Made by a program: the position numbers and the translations under genes
In this document: positions 10,855 to 21,294 of the stretch, piece by piece
Position numbering within the stretch: position 1 is the stretch's first letter
Layout: each line of letters begins with the position of its first letter
NCBI RefSeq assembly: GCF_058153355.1
Contig: NZ_CM177019.1
Length of the DNA stretch: 64,000 bases
Strand: one strand, 5' to 3'
The notes under the pieces: generated by a model
Told to the model about the DNA's origin: nothing
Databases searched by the model: none
Seen by the model: only the letters and a program-made list of their open reading frames with translations

Positions 10855-11184
10855 TCACCGCCCATACTCATCTTCCATTCTCCGCTCTTCATCTTCTAGC
10901 TGCCGACGCTCCTGATCCAGCTGGCGCTGGCGATCGTCCAGCTGCCTGCGGCGATCTTCAAACTGGCGGCGGCGATCGTCATATTGTCTGCGCCGATCGT
11001 CGTTCACTTCACGCTGCCAGCCGTCGTCGCGCGAATCTTCATAGTCTCGCCCACGGTCAGGGTTATAAGCATCGTTAATCGCCTGCTGAATATTGCCAAT
11101 GGTGTCGTCGATAATATCGGCCTGGGCCGGAACGGTGGACAGCGTGAGCAGGGTGAATAAAAGAAATAGCGGAAAACGTTTCAT
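10855..11184 (-). CDS. yjdP: Small secreted low-complexity protein YjdP
   Basis: 109-aa ORF with signal peptide (…TVPAQA/D) and Asp/Arg/Gln-rich repeats (DDRRRQYDDRRRQFEDRRRQLDDRQRQL); position next to phnP as in K-12. Confidence 0.75.
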   Translation of the reverse strand: MKRFPLFLLFTLLTLSTVPAQADIIDDTIGNIQQAINDAYNPDRGRDYEDSRDDGWQREVNDDRRRQYDDRRRQFEDRRRQLDDRQRQLDQERRQLEDEERRMEDEYGR

Positions 11185-11252
11185 TAGCCAACCTCAAAAA
11201 GAAACTCTATCCACATTAGTCATTACTCATCCATGCAAGTAGTGGATGAATC

Positions 11253-11570
11253 TCAATTTTTCCGCTGCTCTATTGCCGTAATCGCCTCCACGCGTTGTTG
11301 ATGACGACCGCCTTCGTACTGCGCGCCCAGCCACGCATCCACAATCATTTTTGCCAGTTCGAGGCCAACCACTCGTGAACCAAAAGCCAGTGCAACTTCA
11401 CTGGCGTAATGCGGATAATCAGTGCGCTCTGACGACCTGGTTTCTTTATCAATCCCCTCACTCATTGACCATGAATAAAAGGCTGGCACAGCAACGCAGA
11501 ATCCTGCGGTGCCAGCGACATGACCGCCCATTGCTCCGGTACGTTTTTTAATAAGAAATACCGGTTGCAT
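11253..11570 (-). pseudogene. rpiB: Truncated ribose-5-phosphate isomerase B (rpiB) remnant
   Basis: 105-aa ORF whose C-terminal ~65 aa (…SSERTDYPHYASEVALAFGSRVVGLELAKMIVDAWLGAQYEGGRHQQRVEAITAIEQ) resembles the RpiB/LacAB C-terminus; the central Gly-rich catalytic segment is missing and the N-terminal 39 aa look unrelated or frameshifted. Full RpiB is about 149 aa. Confidence 0.55.
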
Positions 11571-11822
11571 TGATTAATTGTGCTCAGTATTTGCCGAAGT
11601 ACAATATATATAATAAATATATAAAACACCTCATATTATTTACAGAGATAATAAATTCGCGTACTTTTCCCTCTTCAGCACAAATGCCTAATAAAATGGC
11701 TCGTTCCGCTCACACTTCCACTTATTAAAATCGCAATTTCCCAATTATGATAACGCCAGCTTTAAATGACGTATTTTGCATGGATTACATATTTACGACA
11801 CAAATGATAAATGGAGATTTAT

Positions 11823-13808
11823 ATGAATAACTCTCGGTTATTCCGTTTGAGCAGGATTGTTATTGCGTTAACTGCCGCCAGCGGCATGATGGTAAATACC
11901 GCTCACGCAACAGATGAAGCGAAAGCCGCCACTCAATATACCCAACAGGTTAATCAGAATTACGCCAAATCATTACCGTTTAGCGATCGTCAGGATTTTG
12001 ACGATGCCCAGCGTGGATTTATCGCTCCGCTGCTGGATGAAGGTATTCTGCGTGATGCGAATGGCAAAATTTACTACCGCGCGGATGATTACAAATTTGA
12101 TATTAATGCCGCTGCGCCGGAAACCGTAAACCCCAGCCTGTGGCGTCAGTCGCAGATCAACGGCATTTCTGGCCTGTTCAAAGTCACCGATAAAATGTAT
12201 CAGGTGCGCGGCCAGGATATCTCTAACATTACATTCGTTGAGGGCGAGAAAGGCATTATTGTTATCGACCCACTGGTGACGCCGCCTGCCGCAAAAGCCG
12301 CACTTGACCTTTACTTCCAGCATCGTCCGCAAAAACCGATTGTTGCTGTTATTTACACCCACAGCCACGCCGACCATTATGGCGGTGTGAAAGGCATTAT
12401 CTCTGAAGCGGATGTTAAATCTGGCAAAGTGCAGGTGATCGCTCCGGCAGGCTTTATGGACGAAGCCATCAGCGAAAACGTGCTGGCGGGTAACATCATG
12501 AGCCGCCGTGCACTTTACTCTTACGGCCTGTTACTGCCGCACAACGCGCAAGGTAACGTGGGCAATGGGCTTGGCGTGACGCTGGCAACGGGCGACCCGA
12601 GCATTATTGCGCCAACCAAAACGATTGTCAGAACTGGCGAGAAGATGGTCATCGACGGTCTGGAGTTTGACTTTCTGATGACTCCGGGTAGCGAAGCTCC
12701 AGCCGAAATGCACTTCTATATTCCGGCCCTGAAAGCCCTGTGTACCGCCGAAAACGCCACGCATACCTTGCACAACTTCTACACCCTGCGCGGCGCGAAA
12801 ACCCGCGACACCAGCAAGTGGACAGAGTATCTGAACGAAACGCTGGATATGTGGGGTAACGACGCGGAAGTACTGTTTATGCCGCACACCTGGCCGGTCT
12901 GGGGCAATAAGCATATCAATGATTATATTGGTAAATATCGCGATACTATCAAATACATTCACGACCAGACCCTGCACCTGGCGAACCAGGGTTACACCAT
13001 GAATGAAATCGGCGACATGATTAAGCTGCCACCTGCGCTTGCCAATAACTGGGCCAGCCGCGGCTATTACGGTTCTGTTAGCCACAACGCCCGTGCAGTG
13101 TATAACTTCTATCTCGGCTATTATGACGGCAATCCAGCTAACCTACATCCGTACGGTCAGGTGGAGATGGGCAAACGTTACGTGAAAGCGCTGGGCGGTT
13201 CCGCCCGTGTCATCAACCTGGCGCAAGAAGCGAACAAGCAAGGGGATTACCGCTGGTCAGCAGAGTTGCTGAAACAGGTGATTGCTGCCAATCCGGGTGA
13301 CCAGGTGGCGAAGAATCTGCAAGCGAATAACTTTGAGCAGTTGGGTTATCAGGCCGAGTCCGCCACCTGGCGCGGTTTCTACCTGACCGGCGCAAAAGAG
13401 CTGCGCGAAGGGGTGCATAAGTTCAGCCACGGCACCACCGGTTCTCCGGACACCCTTCGCGGGATGTCGGTCGAAATGCTGTTCGACTTTATGGCCGTTC
13501 GCCTCGATAGCGCGAAAGCCGCAGGTAAGAATATCAGCCTGAACTTCAATATGAGCAACGGCGATAACCTCAACCTGACGCTGAACGATAGCGTGCTTAA
13601 CTACCGTAAAACGCTGCAACCTGAAGCCAACGCCTCTTTCTACATCAGCCGTGAAGATCTGCACGCCGTGCTGACCGGACAAGCCAAAATGGCCGATCTG
13701 GTGAAAACGAAGAAAGCCAAAATTATTGGCAATGGCGCGAAACTGGAAGAAATTATTGCCTGTCTGGATAATTTTGATTTGTGGGTGAATATCGTAACCC
13801 CAAATTAA
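11823..13808 (+). CDS. yjcS: Metallo-beta-lactamase-fold alkyl/aryl-sulfatase-like protein YjcS
   Basis: Track ORF trimmed to MNNSRLF… (661 aa); signal peptide; HSHADHYGG metal-binding motif; AT-rich promoter region upstream. Confidence 0.85.
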   Translation: MNNSRLFRLSRIVIALTAASGMMVNTAHATDEAKAATQYTQQVNQNYAKSLPFSDRQDFDDAQRGFIAPLLDEGILRDANGKIYYRADDYKFDINAAAPETVNPSLWRQSQINGISGLFKVTDKMYQVRGQDISNITFVEGEKGIIVIDPLVTPPAAKAALDLYFQHRPQKPIVAVIYTHSHADHYGGVKGIISEADVKSGKVQVIAPAGFMDEAISENVLAGNIMSRRALYSYGLLLPHNAQGNVGNGLGVTLATGDPSIIAPTKTIVRTGEKMVIDGLEFDFLMTPGSEAPAEMHFYIPALKALCTAENATHTLHNFYTLRGAKTRDTSKWTEYLNETLDMWGNDAEVLFMPHTWPVWGNKHINDYIGKYRDTIKYIHDQTLHLANQGYTMNEIGDMIKLPPALANNWASRGYYGSVSHNARAVYNFYLGYYDGNPANLHPYGQVEMGKRYVKALGGSARVINLAQEANKQGDYRWSAELLKQVIAANPGDQVAKNLQANNFEQLGYQAESATWRGFYLTGAKELREGVHKFSHGTTGSPDTLRGMSVEMLFDFMAVRLDSAKAAGKNISLNFNMSNGDNLNLTLNDSVLNYRKTLQPEANASFYISREDLHAVLTGQAKMADLVKTKKAKIIGNGAKLEEIIACLDNFDLWVNIVTPN

Positions 13809-13818
13809 TGCCACTCAC

Positions 13819-13848
13819 TTTTGGGGGCGCTTAAGCCCCCAAAAGCAT
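13819..13848. terminator. Rho-independent terminator after yjcS
   Basis: TTTTGGGGGC-GCTTAA-GCCCCCAAAA hairpin 11 nt after the yjcS stop, followed by an AT-rich tract. Confidence 0.75.
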
Positions 13849-14016
13849 TTATTTTAAAAATACATACAACAAATTAATACATAAAATATATAAGTTATGA
13901 ATGCGGTGGCTGAATATAGCTATTTTTATTCATCGAGAAAATAGCCATACTGACGCCTTCAATGGATATTGATATTCACTACAGATATTGTTCGCAGCAG
14001 ACAGGATGTATTTAAT

Positions 14017-14292
14017 ATGCCAACAGTTCTCTCTCGCATGGCGATGCAACTAAAAAAAACAGCCTGGATAATTCCCGTCTTCATGGTTTCGGGATGCTCA
14101 TTATCTCCGGCAATCCCGGTGATCGGCGCTTATTATCCCTGCTGGTTTTTCTGCGCCATTGCCAGCCTTATTTTGACGCTCATCACGAGGCGAATTATTC
14201 AGCGGGCAAATATCAATCTGGCATTTGTCGGAATTATTTATACCGCCCTTTTTGCTCTCTACGCCATGCTGTTCTGGCTGGCATTTTTCTAA
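14017..14292 (+). CDS. ytcA: Small lipoprotein YtcA
   Basis: Track ORF 13969-14292 trimmed to MPTVLSR… (91 aa); lipobox-like VSGCS; two hydrophobic segments; immediately upstream of mdtN. Confidence 0.7.
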   Translation: MPTVLSRMAMQLKKTAWIIPVFMVSGCSLSPAIPVIGAYYPCWFFCAIASLILTLITRRIIQRANINLAFVGIIYTALFALYAMLFWLAFF

Positions 14293-14310
14293 TCTATTTG
14301 AGACGCGCTC

Positions 14311-15342
14311 ATGGAAAGTACGCCGAAAAAAGCTCCTCGCAGTAAATTCCCTGCTCTGTTAGTGGTTGCGTTGGCGCTGGTTGCCCTTGTTTTCGTTATC
14401 TGGCGCGTAGACAGTGCGCCATCAACTAATGACGCCTACGCGTCAGCAGATACCATTGATGTGGTGCCGGAAGTCAGCGGTCGCATTGTAGAACTGGCGG
14501 TCACCGACAACCAGGCGGTGAAACAGGGCGATTTGCTGTTCCGCATCGACCCGCGCCCGTACGAAGCCAATCTGGCGAAAGCCGAAGCCTCCCTCGCGGC
14601 GCTGGATAAGCAAATTATGCTCACCCAGCGTAGCGTTGACGCACAACAGTTTGGTGCCGACTCGGTTAATGCCACGGTAGAAAAAGCCCGTGCCGCCGCG
14701 AAACAGGCCAGTGATACATTACGCCGCACCGAGCCATTACTGAAAGAAGGTTTCGTCTCAGCGGAAGACGTTGACCGCGCAAGAACCGCACAGCGTGCGG
14801 CAGAAGCCGATCTTAACGCCGTATTGTTACAGGCGCAGTCAGCCGCCAGCGCTGTCAGCGGCGTTGATGCACTCGTTGCCCAACGTGCAGCTGTTGAAGC
14901 GGATATCGCCCTGACCAAGTTGCATCTGGAAATGGCAACCGTTCGCGCGCCGTTTGATGGCCGAGTCATTTCCCTCAGAACTTCGGTTGGGCAATTTGCT
15001 TCTGCCATGCGCCCTATTTTCACCCTAATCGACACCCGTCACTGGTACGTGATCGCCAACTTCCGCGAAACCGATCTGAAAAATATTCGCTCGGGTACAC
15101 CCGCAACGATTCGCCTGATGAGCGACAGCGGCAAAACCTTTGCAGGTAAAGTGGATTCGATTGGCTACGGCGTGCTACCGGATGACGGCGGCCTGGTACT
15201 GGGCGGCCTGCCGAAAGTGTCTCGTTCTATTAACTGGGTCCGCGTTGCCCAGCGTTTTCCGGTCAAAATCATGGTTGAAAAACCTGACCCGGAAATGTTC
15301 CGCATCGGCGCTTCGGCAGTCGCTAATCTTGAGCCGCAATAA
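14311..15342 (+). CDS. mdtN: Multidrug efflux membrane fusion protein MdtN (HlyD/EmrA family)
   Basis: 343-aa ORF with N-terminal membrane anchor and Ala/Gln-rich coiled-coil region; first gene of mdtNOP. Confidence 0.88.
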   Translation: MESTPKKAPRSKFPALLVVALALVALVFVIWRVDSAPSTNDAYASADTIDVVPEVSGRIVELAVTDNQAVKQGDLLFRIDPRPYEANLAKAEASLAALDKQIMLTQRSVDAQQFGADSVNATVEKARAAAKQASDTLRRTEPLLKEGFVSAEDVDRARTAQRAAEADLNAVLLQAQSAASAVSGVDALVAQRAAVEADIALTKLHLEMATVRAPFDGRVISLRTSVGQFASAMRPIFTLIDTRHWYVIANFRETDLKNIRSGTPATIRLMSDSGKTFAGKVDSIGYGVLPDDGGLVLGGLPKVSRSINWVRVAQRFPVKIMVEKPDPEMFRIGASAVANLEPQ

Positions 15343-17393
15343 TGAGCGCGCTCAACTCCCTGCCATTACCGGTGGTCAGGCTGCTGGCGTTCTTTCATGA
15401 AGAGTTAAGCGAGCGGCGACCAGGCCGCGTGCCGCAGACTATGCAACTCTGGGTAGGCTGCTTGCTGGTGATTCTGATCTCGATGACTTTTGAGATCCCT
15501 TTTGTGGCGTTATCACTGGCAGTGCTGTTTTACGGTATTCAGTCGAACGCGTTTTACACCAAATTTGTCGCGATCTTGTTTGTGGTCGCCACGATGCTGG
15601 AAATCGCCAGCCTGTTTTTGATCTACAAATGGTCATATGGCGAACCGTTGATCCGATTGATCATTGCCGGACCGATCCTGATGGGCTGTATGTTTTTGAT
15701 GCGCACCCATCGGTTGGGGCTGGTTTTTTTCGCCGTCGCCATTGTCGCCATTTACGGGCAAACCTTCCCCGCCATGCTCGACTATCCGGAAGTGGTCGTG
15801 CGCTTAACCCTGTGGTGTATCGTTGTCGGCCTCTACCCGACGTTATTGATGACGTTAATCGGCGTGCTGTGGTTTCCCAGCCGCGCTATCACGCAGATGC
15901 ATCAGGTGCTTAATGATCGGCTTGATGATGCCATTAGCCACCTGACGGACAGCCTCGCACCGCTACCCGAAACGCGGATTGAAAGAGAGGCGCTGGCGCT
16001 GCAAAAACTCAATGTCTTTTGCCTCGCGGACGATGCCAACTGGCGAACTCAGAGCGCATGGTGGCAAAGCTGCGTGGCAACGGTAACCTACATTTACTCG
16101 ACGCTGAATCGCTACGATCCCACCTCTTTTGCTGATTCTCAGGCAATTATTGAATTTCGGCAAAAATTAGCCTCAGAAATCAACAAACTGCAGCATGCCA
16201 TTGCCGAAGGTCAGTGCTGGCAAAGCGACTGGCGGATCACTGAAAGTGAAGCGATGGCGGCACGGGAATGTAACCTGGAGAATATCTGCCAGACATTGTT
16301 GCAACTGGGTCAGATGGACCCGAATACGCCGCCAACGCCCGCCGCCAAACCGCCATCAATGGTCGCCGATGCTTTTACCAATCCAGACTATATGCGCTAC
16401 GCGGTAAAAACGCTGCTCGCCTGTTTGATCTGTTACACCTTTTACAGCGGCGTGGACTGGGAAGGCATTCACACCTGTATGCTGACCTGCGTGATCGTCG
16501 CTAACCCCAATGTCGGTTCGTCGTACCAGAAGATGGTGTTGCGTTTTGGCGGGGCTTTTTGCGGCGCAATTCTGGCGCTGTTATTCACGTTACTGGTCAT
16601 GCCCTGGCTGGACAATATTGTCGAATTGCTATTTGTGCTGGCACCGATTTTCCTGTTGGGCGCATGGATTGCCACCAGCTCTGAACGCTCTTCTTATATC
16701 GGCACACAGATGGTGGTCACCTTCGCGCTCGCCACGCTCGAAAACGTTTTTGGCCCGGTGTACGACCTGGTGGAAATTCGCGATCGCGCCCTGGGTATCA
16801 TCATTGGTACCGTGGTGTCCGCGGTGATTTACACCTTTGTCTGGCCTGAAAGTGAAGCGCGCACACTGCCGCAAAAACTGGCTGGCGCGCTGGGTATGTT
16901 GAGTAAAGTAATGCGGATCCCACGCCAGCAGGAAGTCACGGCTCTGCGCACTTATCTGCAAATTCGTATAGGTCTGCATGCGGCGTTTAATGCCTGTGAA
17001 GAGATGTGCCAACGCGTGGCGCTGGAGCGTCAACTGGACAGCGAAGAACGCGCGTTACTGATTGAACGTTCGCAAACGGTTATTCGTCAGGGCCGCGATA
17101 TTCTTCACGCCTGGGATGCAACCTGGAACTCGGCGCAGGCGCTGGATAACGCACTACAGCCGGACAGAGCAGGCCTGTTTGCCGACGCACTGGAGAAATA
17201 CGCCGCCGGCCTGGCAAGCGCATTCAGTCGTTCTCCTCAAATAACGCTTGAAGAAACACCCGCCTCGCAGGCCATTCTGCCGACCTTATTAAAACAGGAG
17301 CAACACGTCTGCCAGCTTTTCGCCCGCTTGCCAGACTGGACAGCCCCGGCATTAACGCCCGCCACGGAACAGGCACAAGGAGCCACGCAATGA
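15342..17393 (+). CDS. mdtO: Multidrug efflux inner-membrane protein MdtO (FUSC/AaeB-like)
   Basis: 683-aa polytopic membrane ORF; start overlaps mdtN stop by 1 nt. Confidence 0.88.
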   Translation: MSALNSLPLPVVRLLAFFHEELSERRPGRVPQTMQLWVGCLLVILISMTFEIPFVALSLAVLFYGIQSNAFYTKFVAILFVVATMLEIASLFLIYKWSYGEPLIRLIIAGPILMGCMFLMRTHRLGLVFFAVAIVAIYGQTFPAMLDYPEVVVRLTLWCIVVGLYPTLLMTLIGVLWFPSRAITQMHQVLNDRLDDAISHLTDSLAPLPETRIEREALALQKLNVFCLADDANWRTQSAWWQSCVATVTYIYSTLNRYDPTSFADSQAIIEFRQKLASEINKLQHAIAEGQCWQSDWRITESEAMAARECNLENICQTLLQLGQMDPNTPPTPAAKPPSMVADAFTNPDYMRYAVKTLLACLICYTFYSGVDWEGIHTCMLTCVIVANPNVGSSYQKMVLRFGGAFCGAILALLFTLLVMPWLDNIVELLFVLAPIFLLGAWIATSSERSSYIGTQMVVTFALATLENVFGPVYDLVEIRDRALGIIIGTVVSAVIYTFVWPESEARTLPQKLAGALGMLSKVMRIPRQQEVTALRTYLQIRIGLHAAFNACEEMCQRVALERQLDSEERALLIERSQTVIRQGRDILHAWDATWNSAQALDNALQPDRAGLFADALEKYAAGLASAFSRSPQITLEETPASQAILPTLLKQEQHVCQLFARLPDWTAPALTPATEQAQGATQ

Positions 17394-18856
17394 TCAATCG
17401 TCAACTTTCACGCCTGCTGTTGTGCAGCATTCTCGGCAGCACGACGCTGATTTCGGGCTGTGCCCTGGTACGTAAGGATTCTGCCCCGCATCAACAGCTC
17501 AAACCGGAACAAATCAAACTGGCCGATGATATTCATCTTGCCAGCTCCGGTTGGCCGCAGGCGCAGTGGTGGAAACAACTCAATGACCCGCAGTTGGATG
17601 CTTTGATCCAACGGACGCTAAGTGGTTCACACACCCTCGCCGAAGCGAAACTGCGGGAAGAAAAAGCGCAGTCGCAGGCCGATTTGTTAGATGCCGGTTC
17701 ACAATTACAGGTCGCAGCGTTAGGGATGCTCAACCGCCAACGTGTCTCGGCGAACGGCTTTTTAAGCCCTTATGCTATGGATGCGCCAGCACTGGGTATG
17801 GACGGGCCGTACTATACGGAAGCCACAGTCGGTTTGTTTGCCGGACTGGATCTTGATTTGTGGGGTGTGCATCGCTCAGCGGTTGCCGCCGCCATTGGCG
17901 CGCATAATGCAGCGCTGGCAGAAACCGCAGCAGTAGAGCTATCGCTGACCACGGGCGTAGCGCAGCTTTATTACAGTATGCAGGCCAGCTATCAGATGCT
18001 CGATCTGTTAGAACAAACACGCGATGTTATTGATTACGCGGTGAAAGCGCATCAGAGTAAAGTGGCGCACGGTCTGGAAGCGCAAGTGCCTTTCCACGGC
18101 GCGCGGGCACAGATTCTGGCGGTCGATAAACAAATTGCTACCGTTAAAGGGCAAATCACCGAAACGCGAGAATCTCTGCGCGCATTAATGGGTGCTGGAG
18201 CCAGCGATATGCCGGAGATCAAACCGGTGGCATTACCGCAAGTCCAGACCGGTATTCCGGCGACACTCTCTTATGAGTTGCTCGCCAGACGCCCGGATCT
18301 GCAAGCCATGCGCTGGTATGTTCAGGCGTCATTAGATCAGGTGGATTCCGCGCGGGCGCTGTTCTATCCGAGCTTTGATATCAAAGCGTTTTTCGGCCTG
18401 GATTCTATCCACCTGGATACCTTATTCAAAAAAACCAGTCGCCAGTTCAACTTCATTCCTGGTCTGAAATTGCCGCTGTTTGACGGTGGACGGTTGAATG
18501 CCAATCTCGAAGGCACGCGCGCCGCCAGCAACATGATGATTGAACGTTACAACCAGTCAGTGCTGAATGCGGTGCGCGACGTTGCCGTCAACGGCACGCG
18601 TCTGCAAACGCTCAACGACGAGCGAGAGATGCAGGCTGAACGCGTGGAAGCAACGCGCTTCACCCAGCGCGCTGCCGACGCCGCCTACCAACGAGGCTTA
18701 ACCAGTCGCTTACAGGCCACCGAAGCCCAGTTGCCGGTGCTTGCCGAAGAGATGTCATTACTGATGCTGGACAGCCGCCGGGTGATCCAAAGCATTCAGT
18801 TGATGAAATCGCTGGGTGGCGGGTATCAGGCAGGTCCGGTCGTCGAGAAAAAATAA
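17390..18856 (+). CDS. mdtP: Outer-membrane efflux lipoprotein MdtP (OMF/TolC-like)
   Basis: 488-aa ORF with lipoprotein signal (LISGCA); overlaps mdtO by 4 nt. Confidence 0.88.
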   Translation: MINRQLSRLLLCSILGSTTLISGCALVRKDSAPHQQLKPEQIKLADDIHLASSGWPQAQWWKQLNDPQLDALIQRTLSGSHTLAEAKLREEKAQSQADLLDAGSQLQVAALGMLNRQRVSANGFLSPYAMDAPALGMDGPYYTEATVGLFAGLDLDLWGVHRSAVAAAIGAHNAALAETAAVELSLTTGVAQLYYSMQASYQMLDLLEQTRDVIDYAVKAHQSKVAHGLEAQVPFHGARAQILAVDKQIATVKGQITETRESLRALMGAGASDMPEIKPVALPQVQTGIPATLSYELLARRPDLQAMRWYVQASLDQVDSARALFYPSFDIKAFFGLDSIHLDTLFKKTSRQFNFIPGLKLPLFDGGRLNANLEGTRAASNMMIERYNQSVLNAVRDVAVNGTRLQTLNDEREMQAERVEATRFTQRAADAAYQRGLTSRLQATEAQLPVLAEEMSLLMLDSRRVIQSIQLMKSLGGGYQAGPVVEKK

Positions 18857-18864
18857 AATGTCAG

Positions 18865-18898
18865 CCGCGTGATGGCTGTCACGCGGTATTTCGTTTCG
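18865..18898 (+). terminator. Hairpin downstream of mdtP (CCGCGTGA-TGGCTG-TCACGCGG) followed by T-rich tract
   Basis: Perfect 8-bp inverted repeat 9 nt after the mdtP stop, then TATTTCGTTTCG. Confidence 0.45.
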
Positions 18899-18986
18899 TC
18901 ACGTCAAAACTGACGACAGCCTGTTTTTCGTCAGAGTTTTGAATAAATAGTGCCCGTAATATCAGGGAATGACCCCAAATAAAATG

Positions 18987-19002
18987 TGGCATAAAAGATG
19001 CA
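18987..19002 (+). promoter_or_regulatory. Sigma-54 (-24/-12) promoter of fdhF
   Basis: TGGCATAAAAGATGCA matches the GG-N10-GC sigma-54 consensus about 50 nt upstream of the fdhF ATG; fdhF is a classic sigma-54/FhlA-dependent gene. Confidence 0.6.
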
Positions 19003-19053
19003 TACTGTAGTCGAGAGCGCGTATGCGTGATTTGATTAACTGGAGCGAGACCG

Positions 19054-21201
19054 ATGAAAAAAGTCGTCACGGTTTGCCCCTATTGCGCATCAGGTTGCAA
19101 AATCAACCTGGTCGTCGATAACGGCAAAATCGTCCGGGCGGAGGCAGCGCAGGGCAAAACCAACCAGGGTACCCTGTGTCTGAAGGGGTATTATGGCTGG
19201 GATTTCATTAACGATACCCAGATCCTGACCCCGCGCCTGAAAACCCCCATGATTCGTCGCCAGCGTGGCGGCAAACTCGAACCTGTTTCCTGGGATGAGG
19301 CACTGAATTACGTTGCCGAGCGCCTGAGCGCCATCAAAGAGAAGTACGGTCCGGATGCCATCCAGACGACCGGCTCCTCGCGTGGTACGGGTAACGAAAC
19401 CAACTATGTAATGCAAAAATTTGCGCGCGCCGTTATTGGTACCAATAACGTTGACTGCTGCGCTCGCGTCTGACACGGCCCATCGGTTGCAGGTCTGCAC
19501 CAATCGGTCGGTAATGGCGCAATGAGCAATGCTATTAACGAAATTGATAATACCGATTTAGTGTTCGTTTTCGGGTACAACCCGGCGGATTCCCACCCTA
19601 TCGTGGCGAATCACGTAATTAACGCTAAACGTAACGGGGCGAAAATTATCGTCTGCGATCCGCGCAAAATTGAAACCGCGCGCATTGCTGACATGCACAT
19701 TGCACTGAAAAACGGCTCGAATATCGCGCTGTTGAATGCGATGGGCCATGTCATTATTGAAGAAAATCTGTACGACAAAGCGTTCGTCGCTTCCCGTACA
19801 GAAGGCTTTGAAGAGTATCGTAAAATCGTTGAAGGCTACACGCCGGAGTCGGTTGAAGATATCACCGGCGTCAGCGCCAGTGAGATTCGTCAGGCGGCGC
19901 GGATGTATGCCCAGGCGAAAAGCGCCGCCATCCTGTGGGGCATGGGTGTAACCCAGTTCTACCAGGGCGTGGAAACCGTGCGTTCTCTGACCAGCCTCGC
20001 GATGCTGACTGGTAACCTCGGTAAGCCGCATGCGGGTGTAAACCCGGTTCGTGGTCAAAACAACGTGCAGGGGGCCTGCGATATGGGCGCACTGCCAGAT
20101 ACTTACCCTGGCTACCAGTATGTGAAAGATCCGGCTAACCGCGAGAAATTCGCCAAAGCCTGGGGTGTAGAGAGTCTGCCTGCTCATACCGGTTATCGCA
20201 TCAGCGAGCTGCCGCACCGCGCAGCGCATGGTGAAGTGCGTGCCGCGTACATTATGGGCGAAGATCCGCTACAAACTGACGCGGAGCTGTCGGCAGTACG
20301 TAAAGCCTTTGAAGATCTGGAACTGGTCATCGTTCAGGACATCTTTATGACCAAAACCGCGTCGGCGGCGGATGTCATTTTACCGTCAACGTCGTGGGGC
20401 GAGCATGAAGGCGTGTTTACTGCGGCTGACCGTGGCTTCCAGCGTTTCTTCAAAGCAGTTGAACCGAAATGGGATCTGAAAACGGACTGGCAGATTATCA
20501 GTGAAATCGCCACCCGTATGGGTTATCCGATGCACTACAACAACACCCAGGAGATCTGGGATGAGTTGCGTCATCTGTGCCCGGATTTCTACGGTGCGAC
20601 TTACGAGAAAATGGGCGAACTGGGCTTCATTCAGTGGCCTTGTCGCGATACTTCAGATGCCGATCAGGGGACTTCTTATCTGTTTAAAGAGAAGTTTGAT
20701 ACTCCGAACGGTCTGGCGCAGTTCTTCACCTGCGACTGGGTAGCGCCAATCGACAAACTCACCGACGAGTATCCGATGGTACTGTCAACGGTGCGTGAAG
20801 TCGGTCACTACTCTTGCCGTTCGATGACCGGTAACTGTGCGGCACTGGCGGCGCTGGCTGATGAACCTGGCTACGCACAAATCAATACCGAAGACGCCAA
20901 ACGTCTGGGTATTGAAGATGAGGCATTGGTTTGGGTGCACTCGCGTAAAGGCAAAATTATCACCCGTGCGCAGGTCAGCGATCGTCCGAACAAAGGGGCG
21001 ATTTACATGACCTACCAGTGGTGGATTGGTGCCTGTAACGAGCTGGTTACCGAAAACTTAAGCCCGATTACGAAAACGCCGGAATACAAATACTGCGCCG
21101 TGCGCGTCGAGCCGATCGCCGATCAGCGCGCCGCCGAGCAGTACGTGATTGACGAGTACAACAAGTTGAAAACTCGCCTGCGCGAAGCGGCATTGGCGTA
21201 A
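19054..21201 (+). CDS. fdhF: Formate dehydrogenase H (selenocysteine-containing, molybdopterin) FdhF; in-frame UGA at 19471-19473 decoded as Sec
   Basis: Track ORFs 19054-19473 and 19522-21201 are in the same frame, separated only by a TGA; merged length is 715 aa; N-terminal Cys cluster CPYCASGC; the UGA sits in CCARV-U-HGPS and is followed by a hairpin. Confidence 0.92.
19474..19515 (+). promoter_or_regulatory. SECIS stem-loop directing selenocysteine insertion at the fdhF UGA
   Basis: Sequence immediately 3' of the TGA (CACGGCCCATCGGTTGCAGGTCTGCACCAATCGGTCGG…) can fold into the stem-loop expected for a bacterial SECIS. Confidence 0.7.
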
Positions 21202-21215
21202 TACAGTCCTTTCTA

Positions 21216-21243
21216 CAGCCTCCTGTCGGAGGCTGTTTTTTTA
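21216..21243 (+). terminator. Rho-independent terminator of fdhF
   Basis: CAGCCTCC-TGTC-GGAGGCTG hairpin followed by an 8-T run, 15 nt after the fdhF stop. Confidence 0.8.
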
Positions 21244-21294
21244 TCCATTCGAACTCTTTATACTGGTCACTCCCTACCCAATCGTATTATCAAA

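Noticed and set aside
11571-11822. AT-rich 250-bp stretch upstream of yjcS as a possible small gene or attachment site
   Set aside because: No ORF with an RBS and no recognisable repeat; it is most simply the yjcS promoter region abutting the deletion junction.
19054-19473. 139-aa ORF as a stand-alone small Cys-rich protein, with 19522-21201 as a separate gene
   Set aside because: The two are in the same frame, separated by a single TGA followed by a SECIS-like hairpin; this is one gene (fdhF) with UGA decoded as selenocysteine.
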